Shown one piece after another: positions 27,970 through 39,279 of a DNA stretch of 64,000 nt. Each line of letters starts with the position of its first letter. Positions within the stretch are counted from its first letter, which is position 1. Origin of the DNA: a virus. The notes under the pieces were generated by a model that did not search any database, was not told where the DNA came from, and worked only from the letters and a program-made list of their open reading frames with translations. The position numbers and the translations under genes were made by a program. The stretch covers positions 23,980 through 87,979 of IMG/VR virus record IMGVR_UViG_3300030090_003995. One strand, written 5' to 3'.

Positions 27970-29163
27970 ATGTCTTATCAGGTGTTAATTGGTGAAAGGA
28001 AATCATTAGTATTTCCTGTCATGTGTTATGGTTATTTAACTGTTGATTATGATGATGAGATTGCCGGACAAAATTATGGTTTATTTGGTCACGACGATTC
28101 GATAACTTTACAGGCTATTATTACACCTTATGATATAAATGGTTTCGGGCATGAATATACAGGATTAGACAATGCGATTGGTGAACATGGAATTGTTGAT
28201 TCTGTTAAAACTTTGCCCGCTAGACAGGCCCGCGATGATGCTTCATCAGCATTATATTACAAAAAAAATGGTACGGGTTCGACAGAAGTTATAGAGACCA
28301 AGACTCAAAGATATAATTATTTAACACCGGCTGCTGCTTTAACACATGAAATGACTATTTTTTACAATGAAGTTTTTCATTTATCACTATTAAACGCTAC
28401 AAGTGTTCATACTAACCAGCCAGCAGAATATAAATTAAGACTAAGAGTTGCCGCTGATGGTGTAGTCGATACTTTAACAAGTGATATTGCAATATCAGCA
28501 GATTTTGAATTATTGAAAAGTGCAGATATTGGCGTTGAAACATACCATAGTAGTAGCCTAGTTAGCAAATATAAAGGTTTAGCAACAATTGAATCTAGCG
28601 GAAATAGCGGTGTTAGTGGGAATACAATTAAAATTACTGGCGGAACTAATACTGATGAGTTATTTTATGTGGACCAAAAACTCTATACTTTAAGTGGACA
28701 AACTTTTACACACGCGGCAACGGTAGCAAGTGTTGGTACAAATGTAAAAACCTTTACAGTAGATTCTTCTCCAACTCACTCATTGACAAATGACGCAATA
28801 ATTTATACTGAAATTCCAAAAGAAGCATTATATTTAGAATCAGCAATTCATATTGCCGCGTCTTTTAATCCAGCAACAGGAAGAATGGCAGTATTTAGAG
28901 GTGGTAATATGATAGCGAATAAAGTCCATAGTGCCGCACCAATTTCCCAATTTCAACTTGCTGGGCAAGATTCATACATAGGTGCAAAAATTACTGGGGA
29001 ATCTGCTGATGCAAATGCTAGTGATAGACAACAATTTATGGGAGAATTGCATGAATTATCTATTAGTGGAAATGATATTCAAAGTTTTCTTAGTACAGAA
29101 ACTTTAACACCACAATACTCAGACTTGTTATTATATTTTAGATTTGAAGAGGTGGATTTATAA
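27970..29163 (+). CDS. tail protein with a split concanavalin A/LamG-like domain
   Basis: ITLQAII, HIAASF..MAVF, YIGA, FMGELHELSI, LLLYFRFEE. Confidence 0.6.
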   Translation: MSYQVLIGERKSLVFPVMCYGYLTVDYDDEIAGQNYGLFGHDDSITLQAIITPYDINGFGHEYTGLDNAIGEHGIVDSVKTLPARQARDDASSALYYKKNGTGSTEVIETKTQRYNYLTPAAALTHEMTIFYNEVFHLSLLNATSVHTNQPAEYKLRLRVAADGVVDTLTSDIAISADFELLKSADIGVETYHSSSLVSKYKGLATIESSGNSGVSGNTIKITGGTNTDELFYVDQKLYTLSGQTFTHAATVASVGTNVKTFTVDSSPTHSLTNDAIIYTEIPKEALYLESAIHIAASFNPATGRMAVFRGGNMIANKVHSAAPISQFQLAGQDSYIGAKITGESADANASDRQQFMGELHELSISGNDIQSFLSTETLTPQYSDLLLYFRFEEVDL

Positions 29164-32100
29164 TGACTAATGATAAGTTATTTATTATGAAAAAAGGGTC
29201 AAAACCCGGTGACACACCAACATTAGGAACAAACGTGTACTACGATACTGCAACAAATCCATTAGTTATTTGTGATGATGACACAATTGATGATGCTGCT
29301 ACTATCGCTTGTTATGAAGTTAGAAATGATTGGGTTTTACCGCTTAAAGGAATAAGAACTCATACTTCAGGTGTTGCAGTTGATAATGGAAGTGGTTATG
29401 CTACAAGTGTTGATACGATTAATGTTGATGGTGGCGACCCAAGAGATTTACTTGAAGTAGGTTGGCATACATACAAAAGTGATGGAACATTTATTGGGAC
29501 TATCAAAAGTATGGCTTATGATGGAACACATGGAACAATCGTTTTTACAACAAATATACAAACTGCTTTAGCAAATAATGATGTTATTCATAGAGCATGG
29601 GGTGTATCTAATTCTAAAACTTACAATGTATTAAATAGAATATACCCAAATGATTCAACAAGTGTTGATTTATATTTAGAAAATTTAAACAATACACCTG
29701 GATATAGAATTGATTGCGCATCATACAAAAGTGATGGTTCTACATTAAGTGTGGGTGTATCATTGGCATCATTAGATATAGCAACAAATGATTATTTTGT
29801 TATGATTAACAATTTAGACCCATTGAAACATCACATCGCTAAAATAACAGAAATTACAACTAATGATGTTGCTGGGGATTCTTTTGAGTTTAGCCCTAAA
29901 TACGGTTCAGAAATTCCTAAAGGGACTAAATTTGCTATTTATAAGGGTCCACTTGTAACTGATACAGGCGTTGTTGCTGTTGGTTACGGGTTATATGGAA
30001 ATACTCAAAATTATGGAACTGATTCTGATGAAACCGATGGAACAGGAACGGCTACTGATGCAAGACACGCAGGATTAACACAAATTTCTGCACCTAATTT
30101 TTACTTCTATAATGATAGGCTAAACAAAAAAAATGAATTAAATCATAATACAAAATATATGCTTCATTATTCTAGGACTACAAGTGCGGCTACTCATTAT
30201 TTTAGAGCATTTTTAACTTGTCAAGATTACGGACTGAAAGTTGTTGATTATGGGCCATACACAATGAACGCAACACTAACAGATAAATCTAGAGAATTTG
30301 ATTCTATTAGTTCTACTCCACAATCTACTGACCATTACTCGGCTTCAGTAAGTGAAACATACACTGTTGATGTTGAGGATTGGGATAGATGTTTTACAAA
30401 TAATAAAAGGAATACAAAAAATTTAATTAGACAGTGGTCTAATAATAGAGTTTTTACTGCCACTTCACAAGATGCAAATGCTTATCCTGAAGGAACCTTT
30501 ACAGGCCCAACGAGATATTTACATTATACTACTTCACCAAATGCTTGTAGTTCTATTCCTGATGTATTAGAAATGGAAGTTTTTGATTCTATTAATGAAA
30601 GTGGAAGTTATGTAGATATGGTTATTGCTGATGCGAAAAGAATATATGGTAGAAAATTAAAACAGCATGATAAAATTACAATTAAAAAAATAATTGGTAG
30701 AGACAATTTAGATGAAAATTTTAAAGCACTTCCCGGAAAATGGAGTGGAAATTCTGGCGGAACTGATTTTACTGTCGAATTAGATACAGGTCAAGATTTA
30801 AGAATTTTATTACAAAAAACGACAGCATCAGGAACAAAATATGAAACGTTTTTAATTGGTAATTATTACTATTTTATCACCGGCATAGACGCCCCTGTTA
30901 ATGCTAATATTAGAACACAATCAATTACAATAGGTGGATATAAAGGTAAAACTGATGCAGAATTTGTTGGTGGGGGAACCATTCAGGAAACATTTACAGA
31001 TAGTACAGGATATAGGAGAGCATGGTCAGTTTTAACTGAATCATTACTAACAGATGTATCAATTGATACAGATGTTACATATAGTAATATTGGAACCGCC
31101 ACACAATCTTCAACAATCACTTATGCAAATCAGACTATTAGTTCTAATAATTCTAGACTATATAATTCAGAATTACTTTTACAAGGAGGTTACCTTTTTA
31201 ATTATTCTATACCAATAGAGTATGGGGATAAAACTCATAAAATTTTAAAATTACAATCGCCTAGAAAACAAATGTACCAAGATGAAACTTTAGGTAATGA
31301 AAGTTTACTAGAATATTTTATTGGTGATTATGCTATAATGAAGACAATATTTGTTGGTAGAATTGAAAGTTTAGAGGATTATATTGAACAAGGAATGTTT
31401 AAATATAAATTATCGGGAAGAGGAAATATAAATAAATTATTGGGCCCAATTGTAAATAAAGATTATAAGCATACGGAAGATATTATATATTCTACTTATG
31501 GTCCTATTTTCAATATGAAAGATAGTGGTTATGATGTTAATTTATCTACTGGAGCATACGCTTGGTCGCCTACTCCAGTTATTTTTGATGGAAGTGGTTC
31601 TTGGGGCTCAACAGTAAAAAGGTTATTATTTAAACAAGATGGAAATTTACTCGGTAATGTTTCTAGCACATCATCTAACCAATTAAACTTTGTTGGTGCT
31701 AGTGGGGCGTTACAAACATCAGTTGATAATAACGATTCTATTTATGAAGGTTTAACAGATAGAAATATTATTAGTCTATCAAAGTCTTTAGAAGCCAATC
31801 CAACATTGAATATTTCCCCCTTGTCTTTACGAGGAACTGCTGGAAAGGGGTTAATTTTTACATCTGGCCAAAAATTAGATGTTAATGATTATGGGGTTCC
31901 AACAACGGAATTATCTACTTTAGTTGGGACTTCCGCCCATTCTCATTCTAGGGCTTTAGGTTATAATATTCATAATCCACAGTCGGTAAATGAAGGTGTT
32001 GATTTACCATTTATGTTTAATGTTAAAGATGAAGTAACTACTGGTGGAACATTTTCTAAAATAAATACAGTTAATAGTTTAACAGAATATGAAGTCGTTA

Positions 32101-35100
32101 GTATAGATTCTGGCGTAGGCTCATCAATTATAGAAATAGCACCTAATTGCCCAGTAATTATGGGTAGAGTAGATGATAACCCTAATGATGTTAGGTTTGA
32201 AACGTTAACCGCCACAACTATAAACCCTGACGATAATTATGCTATTGGTCATAATTATGCTATTGAGGTGAATGATAATTATTCCAATACAAACTCAGCC
32301 ATTAATGGTAAGTATATTTACAATTCTGCTGGAATTTTATTAGGAAAGGTGTTAAATGTTATTGATGATGGGGATTCTGGTTATGGGTGTTTAATAATAT
32401 TAGATAGACCATTAACAGTTGCCATCACCACTTCTACTTTATTTTACACTTCAACTAGTAAAACTCATGGTTTGTATTTAATTAATACTCAAGGATTAAG
32501 AAATGGCGGAATATTACAATTAACTAATTCTATATTAAACACTTTATATCAACCAACAATTTTTAACCTTTCGCAAACACCTGATGGTACACACACATTA
32601 GATGCTCTTAACCGTCATTATTGTGCAGTAGATAGATATGGTTCATATTTTTGGAGATATTTGGATTTACAAAAAGGAAAAAAGGGTTCAATTTCCTACG
32701 CTAAAAGGCAAAATATTAGTGGAGATTTAACTGATATTTATTCTGCGCAATTAGGTGAATTTAATGCTTACGCACCAGCATTTAGATTTAATCCCGGAAG
32801 CGACGTATCTCTTAATTTAACAGATTTTAATTATGATTCAGATTATAGTAATGATTACCAAAAAATGGGTTCCCATGAAACTAGAAATGTATTTCCGGTA
32901 TTGGGTAGTAATTTTGCTGATTATGATAAATATAGTTCTAATTCTGCAACACACCCAACAGGTTATAATTTAATACCTAAAAAGTATAGTACAACATTAG
33001 GTGGGCCTTGGAATATTGATTGGGATGGCGCAGTATGGGATTCAACGGCTATTAGAAAGGTTGCTTCAGGAATAAAGGCTAATGCTGTTAAAGCAACTAG
33101 GGATAGGCTAGAACTTATTGACCCTAAAGTAATAACACCATTTTTATTTACAACCGCTGATTTATTTCCCGATAGCCTAACAAGAACAAATCATATTGGG
33201 AATGTTGAGAGAGATTTTAGTAATTATAGTATTATGTTAAAATCAAAACCGACTCAAATTAAAAGTTCCACAGAACATGATAAATATGTTGGTAAATTAA
33301 ATCAATTAGAATTAAGTGATGATTCTTACGAAACGTTATTAATTAATTCCGCATCAATTAAAACTAATCAAATGAGAAGATTAGGTTTAATGCGATTAAC
33401 AGAAATTACATTTGATTGGCATTTTAATATGATTGACCCTGAAAATATTAAAGAAAAGGATAAAAACAATGTACCTTTTTTCAAATACGCTAGATATCAA
33501 AAAGTAACTGATAGTTCAGAAACAATTAGTAGTATTTCAGGGGCAGTAATTACTTGTACAAATTCCGTTACTGCTAGTAAATTCCCTGACGGTTCTTATG
33601 TTTTTGATTCTAATGGTAATTACTTGGGTACAGTTAATTCTAGCGGTGTAAGCGGAAGTAATATTACACTTACCGCTGATGTTAAATTAGTTAATGGTGC
33701 GGCAGCAACTGGTAATTTATATTATATAGAAAAGGGCCACACTAATAATCAGTCATACTATGAGTATTTTATTGGCGGAAAGGATGGAGATGACTCATTT
33801 ACAAACTTTACTGAAGAATCAGCAAACAGTACTAATGATGCTGATGATTCATGGGGTAATACTCCAAGACCATTAAATATGTTACAGATGGCTATTTTTA
33901 ATGGTTATGGTTCTTGTACTGAAACTCTTAATGAATCTACATCTTCTGCTGAAGAGGCTAATAATGAAGGATATGGAGCATCAGATTCTAGTGCATTTAA
34001 AAAATATTTTATTAGAAAAATGGATATGGCTGCAAATGGTAATCATGAAATAGGTTATTTAAATCATATTACTTTACCACCTGTTTTTGAAGGATTTGTT
34101 TTAGAAAAATTATATCAAGCAGGTTCTTCAGGAACAAGATTAAGACCATCAGGTTCAGGAAGTTATATTAGCGGAACGACTATCGCTACAAATGGTGCAT
34201 CACAAGGAGATATTCAAAATCAACTTAAGTATGGTGATAAAATTTATACTGATAATGGAGAATTCGTTGGAACATTCGCTTCAGTCGATGCAAGCGCAGT
34301 AATTACTATCGTTGAAAATTTAAATACAACAACCACTTTAAATCGTGGTGGAGATGATGCTACTTTCTTATGTAAGGGTGGTACACAAATAACAGATTAC
34401 CATTCATCAGGTAATCATATTGATATTGCAACAGGTAAAGGTGGTAATGAAAGTGGTGGACACGCATTATCATCTAAAGAACACGTTGCTAAATATTCTT
34501 ATGCTGCTACTGCTTCTACAATTCCTGATGCAGAATATGTTCATCCTTCAAGAGTTTTAGAAGGAATTTTTAACTTTTTCCAAGATACTAGAATACAAAA
34601 CCCATATGCTAACTTAAGAGCAGTAGCACTAACTAGACATAAAGTAGAAAATAGTGGAGGAAAATTGGGTTGGAATGTAACAGAAGATATTAAACCGAAA
34701 ATAGGCGCGGGAATGTCTGCATTATTAGGTTCAGTTGGAAATGGTGGAGGACTAGATGGTGAGGACAAGCAACAACAATTAAAAATAAAAGTTGGGTCTG
34801 ATTTAGACTATGTTCAACAGGATTATCCACCAATGTTTATTGCTGCTAGATTATTTGATAGTCATACTTTTCCAGATGGTTTTTCTACTCACGATGACTT
34901 TAGGGGAGAATTTGCTAAATTTACTAGAACTAAATCTGCAACAGGACAAGTTTTCAAAAATAGGGGTGAACAGGGTGGAAAACAAACCCTTTGCGATGGT
35001 GGAGAATTTGTATTTAAGCCTATATTTAACACTCAAGGAACAAATACTAGTATTACTTATGATACTACAACGCCAAATGGAAGTAGTATGGCTAGAATTA

Positions 35101-36812
35101 GAATTCGCCCAGATACAGATGGTAAGATGGCTTGGCTCGCTTATTCACCAAATTTAACTGGTTGTTATTTAGTTTCTACTGATGCAAAGGAATGGGACAG
35201 TACAGATGTTAGTTCCGATAATCTTTTCTCAGATTCTACACATAATAGAATACCTAAATACATTTCATACATTATTTCACATGAAATAAGTAGAACTGAT
35301 AGTATAATATATCATGACTTTATTGTTGATAATATGGGCTCAGCGACTAAACAAAATAATTATAAGATAATGCGCCCTAATCACGTCTGCTTTTATCCTG
35401 AAAGTCCGAATGAAATTGATTTATACAAATTAGATTATTCTTACACAAAACGTGCAGATAGTAATGAAATGTATTCTAGAATCCCACATTTAAGATATTG
35501 GGAAGATGGTTGGAAACATGATGATGTTGGAGAACCTGATTATGGAGAAGGAATACAATCTATGTATGTAGTAATTAATCCGGACCATACTTCAACTGAG
35601 AAATTTTTGATACCAAGAGTTCACACAGGAGGTTATACACATGATGATTTATTATTCGGTTCAGGAAAAACTTTTGAAGAAGGTTCATATGATATGTTAG
35701 CAAGTGACGGTGTTAATAAAGAAAGAAAGACTCTAAACATTTCAAAATCAAGCGGTTGGGGTTCACAGAATGGAACAACAATTAGATTCAATGAAAAATT
35801 TGATAAAAAAATGTCAGGAGTTGTTTCTTTAGGAGAAATCTTTTCAATAGAAACAGCGACACCGGTTTCATTACAAAATGTAGAATCCGCAACAATAGGA
35901 ACTGGAGTCACTATCGGAGAAGAAGTAGAAGATATAGTAAATGATATTTTAGAAACTAATAGTATTGTTTATACAAAAACTGATAGAGAATTCCCATATG
36001 TTACAGCACCGAATATTCAAGGTGCAGATGTGTATAATTCAGTTAAATATTTAGGAACTTTAAAGGACAAAGAGTTATCTTTTAACAAAGATAAGATTGA
36101 ATTTATACCAAAAGATTATACATATAGACAGTCTAATATAGAACTTTCTGAAACAAATAGTGACATACAAGTTGTGGAGTTATCTAGAAATAAATCAGGG
36201 TTTGATATTTATAATGAAATAATTGTTTATGGTCATGGTGTGAAATCTACCAAAAGAGATAGTAAAAGTATCAAAGAAATAGGAAAGAAAACTCTAGAAG
36301 AGTTTGATGATAAACTAATGACACAACCCGAAGTTGATGAAAGAGCAAGAGGATTATTACAATTACATTCAGCAGACTCACAAAGAATTACTTTTAGAGT
36401 TTCAGAAAAGAATTTAGAATTATTACAATCCGGAGACATAATTACAGTTGAATGGCCCAGTCAACATATTCCAAGAAGCAACTTTATAGTTTTAGAAATA
36501 AGACATTCTATCAATGGATTATTAGAAATTGAAGCAGGTTCATTTAAGAAAGGATTAGAAGGCACTCTCGCCCAAATGATAGTTCAACAGAAAAAAGTAG
36601 ATTCCTTTTTAAGAAGTGATAGGTTTAAAGCACCTGTTGTAGATGAAGGACATTTTGAATCCTTTAGGGTTAAACCAATTAAACTAGTGATTAAAAAGAC
36701 TTCAACATCAGGTTCAACGCAGATAGGTTTAACTACTGCGCTAGGGTTCACAACAACGCTTGACATAGGGACTACAACAGTTACAGAAGAATTAAATGAG
36801 GATTATACATGA
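29163..36812 (+). CDS. giant tail hub/adhesin protein (2549 aa)
   Basis: S/T/G/N-rich beta protein; hub-like segments (IFVGRIE...LSGRG; YNEIIVYG...LQSGDIITV); internal repeats. Confidence 0.7.
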   Translation: MTNDKLFIMKKGSKPGDTPTLGTNVYYDTATNPLVICDDDTIDDAATIACYEVRNDWVLPLKGIRTHTSGVAVDNGSGYATSVDTINVDGGDPRDLLEVGWHTYKSDGTFIGTIKSMAYDGTHGTIVFTTNIQTALANNDVIHRAWGVSNSKTYNVLNRIYPNDSTSVDLYLENLNNTPGYRIDCASYKSDGSTLSVGVSLASLDIATNDYFVMINNLDPLKHHIAKITEITTNDVAGDSFEFSPKYGSEIPKGTKFAIYKGPLVTDTGVVAVGYGLYGNTQNYGTDSDETDGTGTATDARHAGLTQISAPNFYFYNDRLNKKNELNHNTKYMLHYSRTTSAATHYFRAFLTCQDYGLKVVDYGPYTMNATLTDKSREFDSISSTPQSTDHYSASVSETYTVDVEDWDRCFTNNKRNTKNLIRQWSNNRVFTATSQDANAYPEGTFTGPTRYLHYTTSPNACSSIPDVLEMEVFDSINESGSYVDMVIADAKRIYGRKLKQHDKITIKKIIGRDNLDENFKALPGKWSGNSGGTDFTVELDTGQDLRILLQKTTASGTKYETFLIGNYYYFITGIDAPVNANIRTQSITIGGYKGKTDAEFVGGGTIQETFTDSTGYRRAWSVLTESLLTDVSIDTDVTYSNIGTATQSSTITYANQTISSNNSRLYNSELLLQGGYLFNYSIPIEYGDKTHKILKLQSPRKQMYQDETLGNESLLEYFIGDYAIMKTIFVGRIESLEDYIEQGMFKYKLSGRGNINKLLGPIVNKDYKHTEDIIYSTYGPIFNMKDSGYDVNLSTGAYAWSPTPVIFDGSGSWGSTVKRLLFKQDGNLLGNVSSTSSNQLNFVGASGALQTSVDNNDSIYEGLTDRNIISLSKSLEANPTLNISPLSLRGTAGKGLIFTSGQKLDVNDYGVPTTELSTLVGTSAHSHSRALGYNIHNPQSVNEGVDLPFMFNVKDEVTTGGTFSKINTVNSLTEYEVVSIDSGVGSSIIEIAPNCPVIMGRVDDNPNDVRFETLTATTINPDDNYAIGHNYAIEVNDNYSNTNSAINGKYIYNSAGILLGKVLNVIDDGDSGYGCLIILDRPLTVAITTSTLFYTSTSKTHGLYLINTQGLRNGGILQLTNSILNTLYQPTIFNLSQTPDGTHTLDALNRHYCAVDRYGSYFWRYLDLQKGKKGSISYAKRQNISGDLTDIYSAQLGEFNAYAPAFRFNPGSDVSLNLTDFNYDSDYSNDYQKMGSHETRNVFPVLGSNFADYDKYSSNSATHPTGYNLIPKKYSTTLGGPWNIDWDGAVWDSTAIRKVASGIKANAVKATRDRLELIDPKVITPFLFTTADLFPDSLTRTNHIGNVERDFSNYSIMLKSKPTQIKSSTEHDKYVGKLNQLELSDDSYETLLINSASIKTNQMRRLGLMRLTEITFDWHFNMIDPENIKEKDKNNVPFFKYARYQKVTDSSETISSISGAVITCTNSVTASKFPDGSYVFDSNGNYLGTVNSSGVSGSNITLTADVKLVNGAAATGNLYYIEKGHTNNQSYYEYFIGGKDGDDSFTNFTEESANSTNDADDSWGNTPRPLNMLQMAIFNGYGSCTETLNESTSSAEEANNEGYGASDSSAFKKYFIRKMDMAANGNHEIGYLNHITLPPVFEGFVLEKLYQAGSSGTRLRPSGSGSYISGTTIATNGASQGDIQNQLKYGDKIYTDNGEFVGTFASVDASAVITIVENLNTTTTLNRGGDDATFLCKGGTQITDYHSSGNHIDIATGKGGNESGGHALSSKEHVAKYSYAATASTIPDAEYVHPSRVLEGIFNFFQDTRIQNPYANLRAVALTRHKVENSGGKLGWNVTEDIKPKIGAGMSALLGSVGNGGGLDGEDKQQQLKIKVGSDLDYVQQDYPPMFIAARLFDSHTFPDGFSTHDDFRGEFAKFTRTKSATGQVFKNRGEQGGKQTLCDGGEFVFKPIFNTQGTNTSITYDTTTPNGSSMARIRIRPDTDGKMAWLAYSPNLTGCYLVSTDAKEWDSTDVSSDNLFSDSTHNRIPKYISYIISHEISRTDSIIYHDFIVDNMGSATKQNNYKIMRPNHVCFYPESPNEIDLYKLDYSYTKRADSNEMYSRIPHLRYWEDGWKHDDVGEPDYGEGIQSMYVVINPDHTSTEKFLIPRVHTGGYTHDDLLFGSGKTFEEGSYDMLASDGVNKERKTLNISKSSGWGSQNGTTIRFNEKFDKKMSGVVSLGEIFSIETATPVSLQNVESATIGTGVTIGEEVEDIVNDILETNSIVYTKTDREFPYVTAPNIQGADVYNSVKYLGTLKDKELSFNKDKIEFIPKDYTYRQSNIELSETNSDIQVVELSRNKSGFDIYNEIIVYGHGVKSTKRDSKSIKEIGKKTLEEFDDKLMTQPEVDERARGLLQLHSADSQRITFRVSEKNLELLQSGDIITVEWPSQHIPRSNFIVLEIRHSINGLLEIEAGSFKKGLEGTLAQMIVQQKKVDSFLRSDRFKAPVVDEGHFESFRVKPIKLVIKKTSTSGSTQIGLTTALGFTTTLDIGTTTVTEELNEDYT

Positions 36813-37210
36813 TAACCGATAAAATGAAAAGAAAAATAGCATTGTTCTTGAAAGACCAAGTAACTAAAGCCAATATGGGAACAGGCGGAAACGCAAGTTT
36901 TCCAACAACAGAACAATTAGATGTTCCAATTTTAACCACATTAGTAACTACTGTAAACTCAGAATCAAATGATAACACTATTGACTTTAAAGCAACATTT
37001 ACAGGTAGTAGTTTGTTAGGAAATACTATTAGAGAAATTGGGTTATTTAGTGATACTATGCCAGCAGATGACAAATTTGATGAATTACGTGGAGGTTCCA
37101 GTATCGGGACAACAGACACAACAATGCTAACTCGTATAAATTTTGACCCAATTGGGCCTTTTTCGGCATCAGATGAAATCGAATTTATATTTACAATAGA
37201 GGTGGAATAA
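36809..37210 (+). CDS. small tail/baseplate protein
   Basis: MGTGG, IREIGLF, MLTRINF pattern typical of fibre-attachment proteins. Confidence 0.55.
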   Translation: MITDKMKRKIALFLKDQVTKANMGTGGNASFPTTEQLDVPILTTLVTTVNSESNDNTIDFKATFTGSSLLGNTIREIGLFSDTMPADDKFDELRGGSSIGTTDTTMLTRINFDPIGPFSASDEIEFIFTIEVE

Positions 37211-37211
37211 T

Positions 37212-38879
37212 ATGGTAACAAGTGTAAACGAAGGAATGTATACAGAAATGGATTCTGCTGGAACACCAATTCAGGGAATTAGAGATACTAATGACTTTAT
37301 TCATTCAGGAATAATTAAAGGTCTGAGCGCAGGAATTAGAGGGCATTATGCTATAAAAAATGGTGCTTACAACGGAAGTGTTGGATTTGAAATAGTTCAA
37401 GGTAATTCTGGAGGAAAAACTACATTAGCAGTTGCGGCTGGAAAAGTATTCAGAGATGGTGCGTATAATTCCGTGGCTACTGTAACATTTACTGCTAATT
37501 CCAGTCCATCTACTTTTGATGAACCAAGTTCAGGCACATCATATTTTATGATAGTAGCCGACGCTTCAAACGTTTTAAAAATTAGAGGGGATAAAGCCAA
37601 TACAAATTCTCTTCCCGTCAATAAACATACAAGTTCATCAGCAACAGATATTCTTACAGGTGACGTTCCAATTGCTATTGTTAAAATGGCTAATGGTGGA
37701 ACGGTTGATGCAAGACCAATTCAATTTTTAACAACAGACCAAGATGAAAAAACTGTTACTATTGGTCATACTACGACTAATGCCTTTGTTGAGGCTATGT
37801 CAATTTCAAGCACCGCTTCTGTTACTACTTTTGAGAATAAAGTAAGTGATGCTGATATTGTTTTTCAAGTAAAAGATGGAAGTTCGGCTAGTCAAGAAGT
37901 ATTAAGAATAGATGCTGCTGCCCAAAGAATTGGAATTAACGCTTCTTCACCTTCATCCGATTTACATATTGATAGTTCAGGTGTTACTGAATTAAGAGTA
38001 AGTTCAACACAAGATACTAATTATAGTGTAGCAAATATTATTTGCCACACAATTAATGATTATAGAGGTAGCGGTTTATACATATCTGCTGATGATGATA
38101 GCGGTGATGCTCAAGACCAAACTTGGGCTATTGGAACAGCATATTCTAAAGATGATTTACAAATCGGTTTTTATCAAGATAAATATGATGATGTAGTAAA
38201 TAGTGCTAATGACCCCTTAGACCCAACTCAAGGTGTAGTTAGAATTACTACTGGCGGTAATGTTGGAATTGGTTTATTTGATGGTGGAGATACCCCAAGC
38301 GCACCTGAATATATGTTACATCTAGTTTCAATGACAGACCAAAGACCTCAATTAATGTTAGAAAATAGAAACACAGATGAAAACGCAGGAAATGAACCTG
38401 AAATTATTTTTAAAAGACAGGCTACACCTTCCGCAGAAGGCGACCACGATTCTTTTGATATAGGAAACATTAAATGGAATGCAAGGGACCATAATGGTAA
38501 TTATCTTACTTTTTGTCAAGTAATGGGTGATATTGTCGATGATTCTGATGGTTCTGAAGATGGTAGATTAGTTTTCTATATGCAAGCAGGTGGCACTAAT
38601 TCAGAACATTTTAGAGTAGGCGGTGGTGCTGTTACAGTTAATAGTCAAGGACTTAGTAATATTGATTTTATTGTTGAGTCTGATACTTATAATGTTATTA
38701 ATGTTGATGCTAGTAATGATTCAATTTCTATCGGTGGAAACGATTCTGCTAAAATCGGATTTTATGGCGCAACACCAATTGTCTGTGCAACAGTATCCGC
38801 TGGTGATATTGCTAGTAGTCCTGAAGCGGTAGTATTGGCTACTGCTTTATCAAATCTAGGATTAATTAATGTAGCATGA
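37212..38879 (+). CDS. tail fibre / receptor-binding protein
   Basis: RIGINASSPSSDLHI and RITTGGNVGIG fibre repeats; last late gene. Confidence 0.7.
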   Translation: MVTSVNEGMYTEMDSAGTPIQGIRDTNDFIHSGIIKGLSAGIRGHYAIKNGAYNGSVGFEIVQGNSGGKTTLAVAAGKVFRDGAYNSVATVTFTANSSPSTFDEPSSGTSYFMIVADASNVLKIRGDKANTNSLPVNKHTSSSATDILTGDVPIAIVKMANGGTVDARPIQFLTTDQDEKTVTIGHTTTNAFVEAMSISSTASVTTFENKVSDADIVFQVKDGSSASQEVLRIDAAAQRIGINASSPSSDLHIDSSGVTELRVSSTQDTNYSVANIICHTINDYRGSGLYISADDDSGDAQDQTWAIGTAYSKDDLQIGFYQDKYDDVVNSANDPLDPTQGVVRITTGGNVGIGLFDGGDTPSAPEYMLHLVSMTDQRPQLMLENRNTDENAGNEPEIIFKRQATPSAEGDHDSFDIGNIKWNARDHNGNYLTFCQVMGDIVDDSDGSEDGRLVFYMQAGGTNSEHFRVGGGAVTVNSQGLSNIDFIVESDTYNVINVDASNDSISIGGNDSAKIGFYGATPIVCATVSAGDIASSPEAVVLATALSNLGLINVA

Positions 38880-38914
38880 TTAATAGATTTAATTTCAAAA
38901 TGGATTTAATTACT

Positions 38915-39022
38915 ATGCCCCCTCACGGCCCTTCTAACGCGATTGAGCATGGCGGTGGTGGTGATACCTACCCGACCTATTGGATGCGCTTAGAGGCCAT
39001 CTTACGGGCCTTTAGAGGGCAT
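38915..39022. repeat. GC-rich imperfect inverted repeat in the convergence gap
   Basis: Nested complementary pairs ATGCCC/GGGCAT, GGCCC/GGGCC, TCTAA/TTAGA. Confidence 0.5.
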
Positions 39023-39093
39023 TCCAATTGAAGATTCGGGATAACTGATAGTGTTAGATTTTAGCAACAAAAAATAACATGGTAAATTTGACC

Positions 39094-39142
39094 AAAAAAA
39101 ATTTAGGCCGAGGGAACCGAAATTCCCCCGACCTTTATTTTT
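39094..39142. terminator. putative bidirectional terminator
   Basis: AGG-CCG-AGGGAA-ccgaaa-TTCCC-CCG-ACCT hairpin with an upstream A-tract and a downstream T-tract where the two operons converge. Confidence 0.55.
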
Positions 39143-39279
39143 GTCTTATTAGACCACAAAGCAAAACATTCCCTGCATTCCCAGACTTTAATCGAATCTG
39201 CCGACCCAACATATACCCCAATAATTCTCTTGGGTATTGTCTGCATATTGCATACAGGACACTTTTGCTTTAAACTCAT
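39103..39279 (-). CDS. small Zn-ribbon protein (58 aa)
   Basis: Manual translation MSLKQKCPVC...VWECRECFALWS... Confidence 0.6.
   Translation of the reverse strand: MSLKQKCPVCNMQTIPKRIIGVYVGSADSIKVWECRECFALWSNKTKIKVGGISVPSA

Noticed and set aside
38915-39022. tRNA or self-cleaving ribozyme
   Set aside because: No cloverleaf or T-loop consensus and no hammerhead core recognised.
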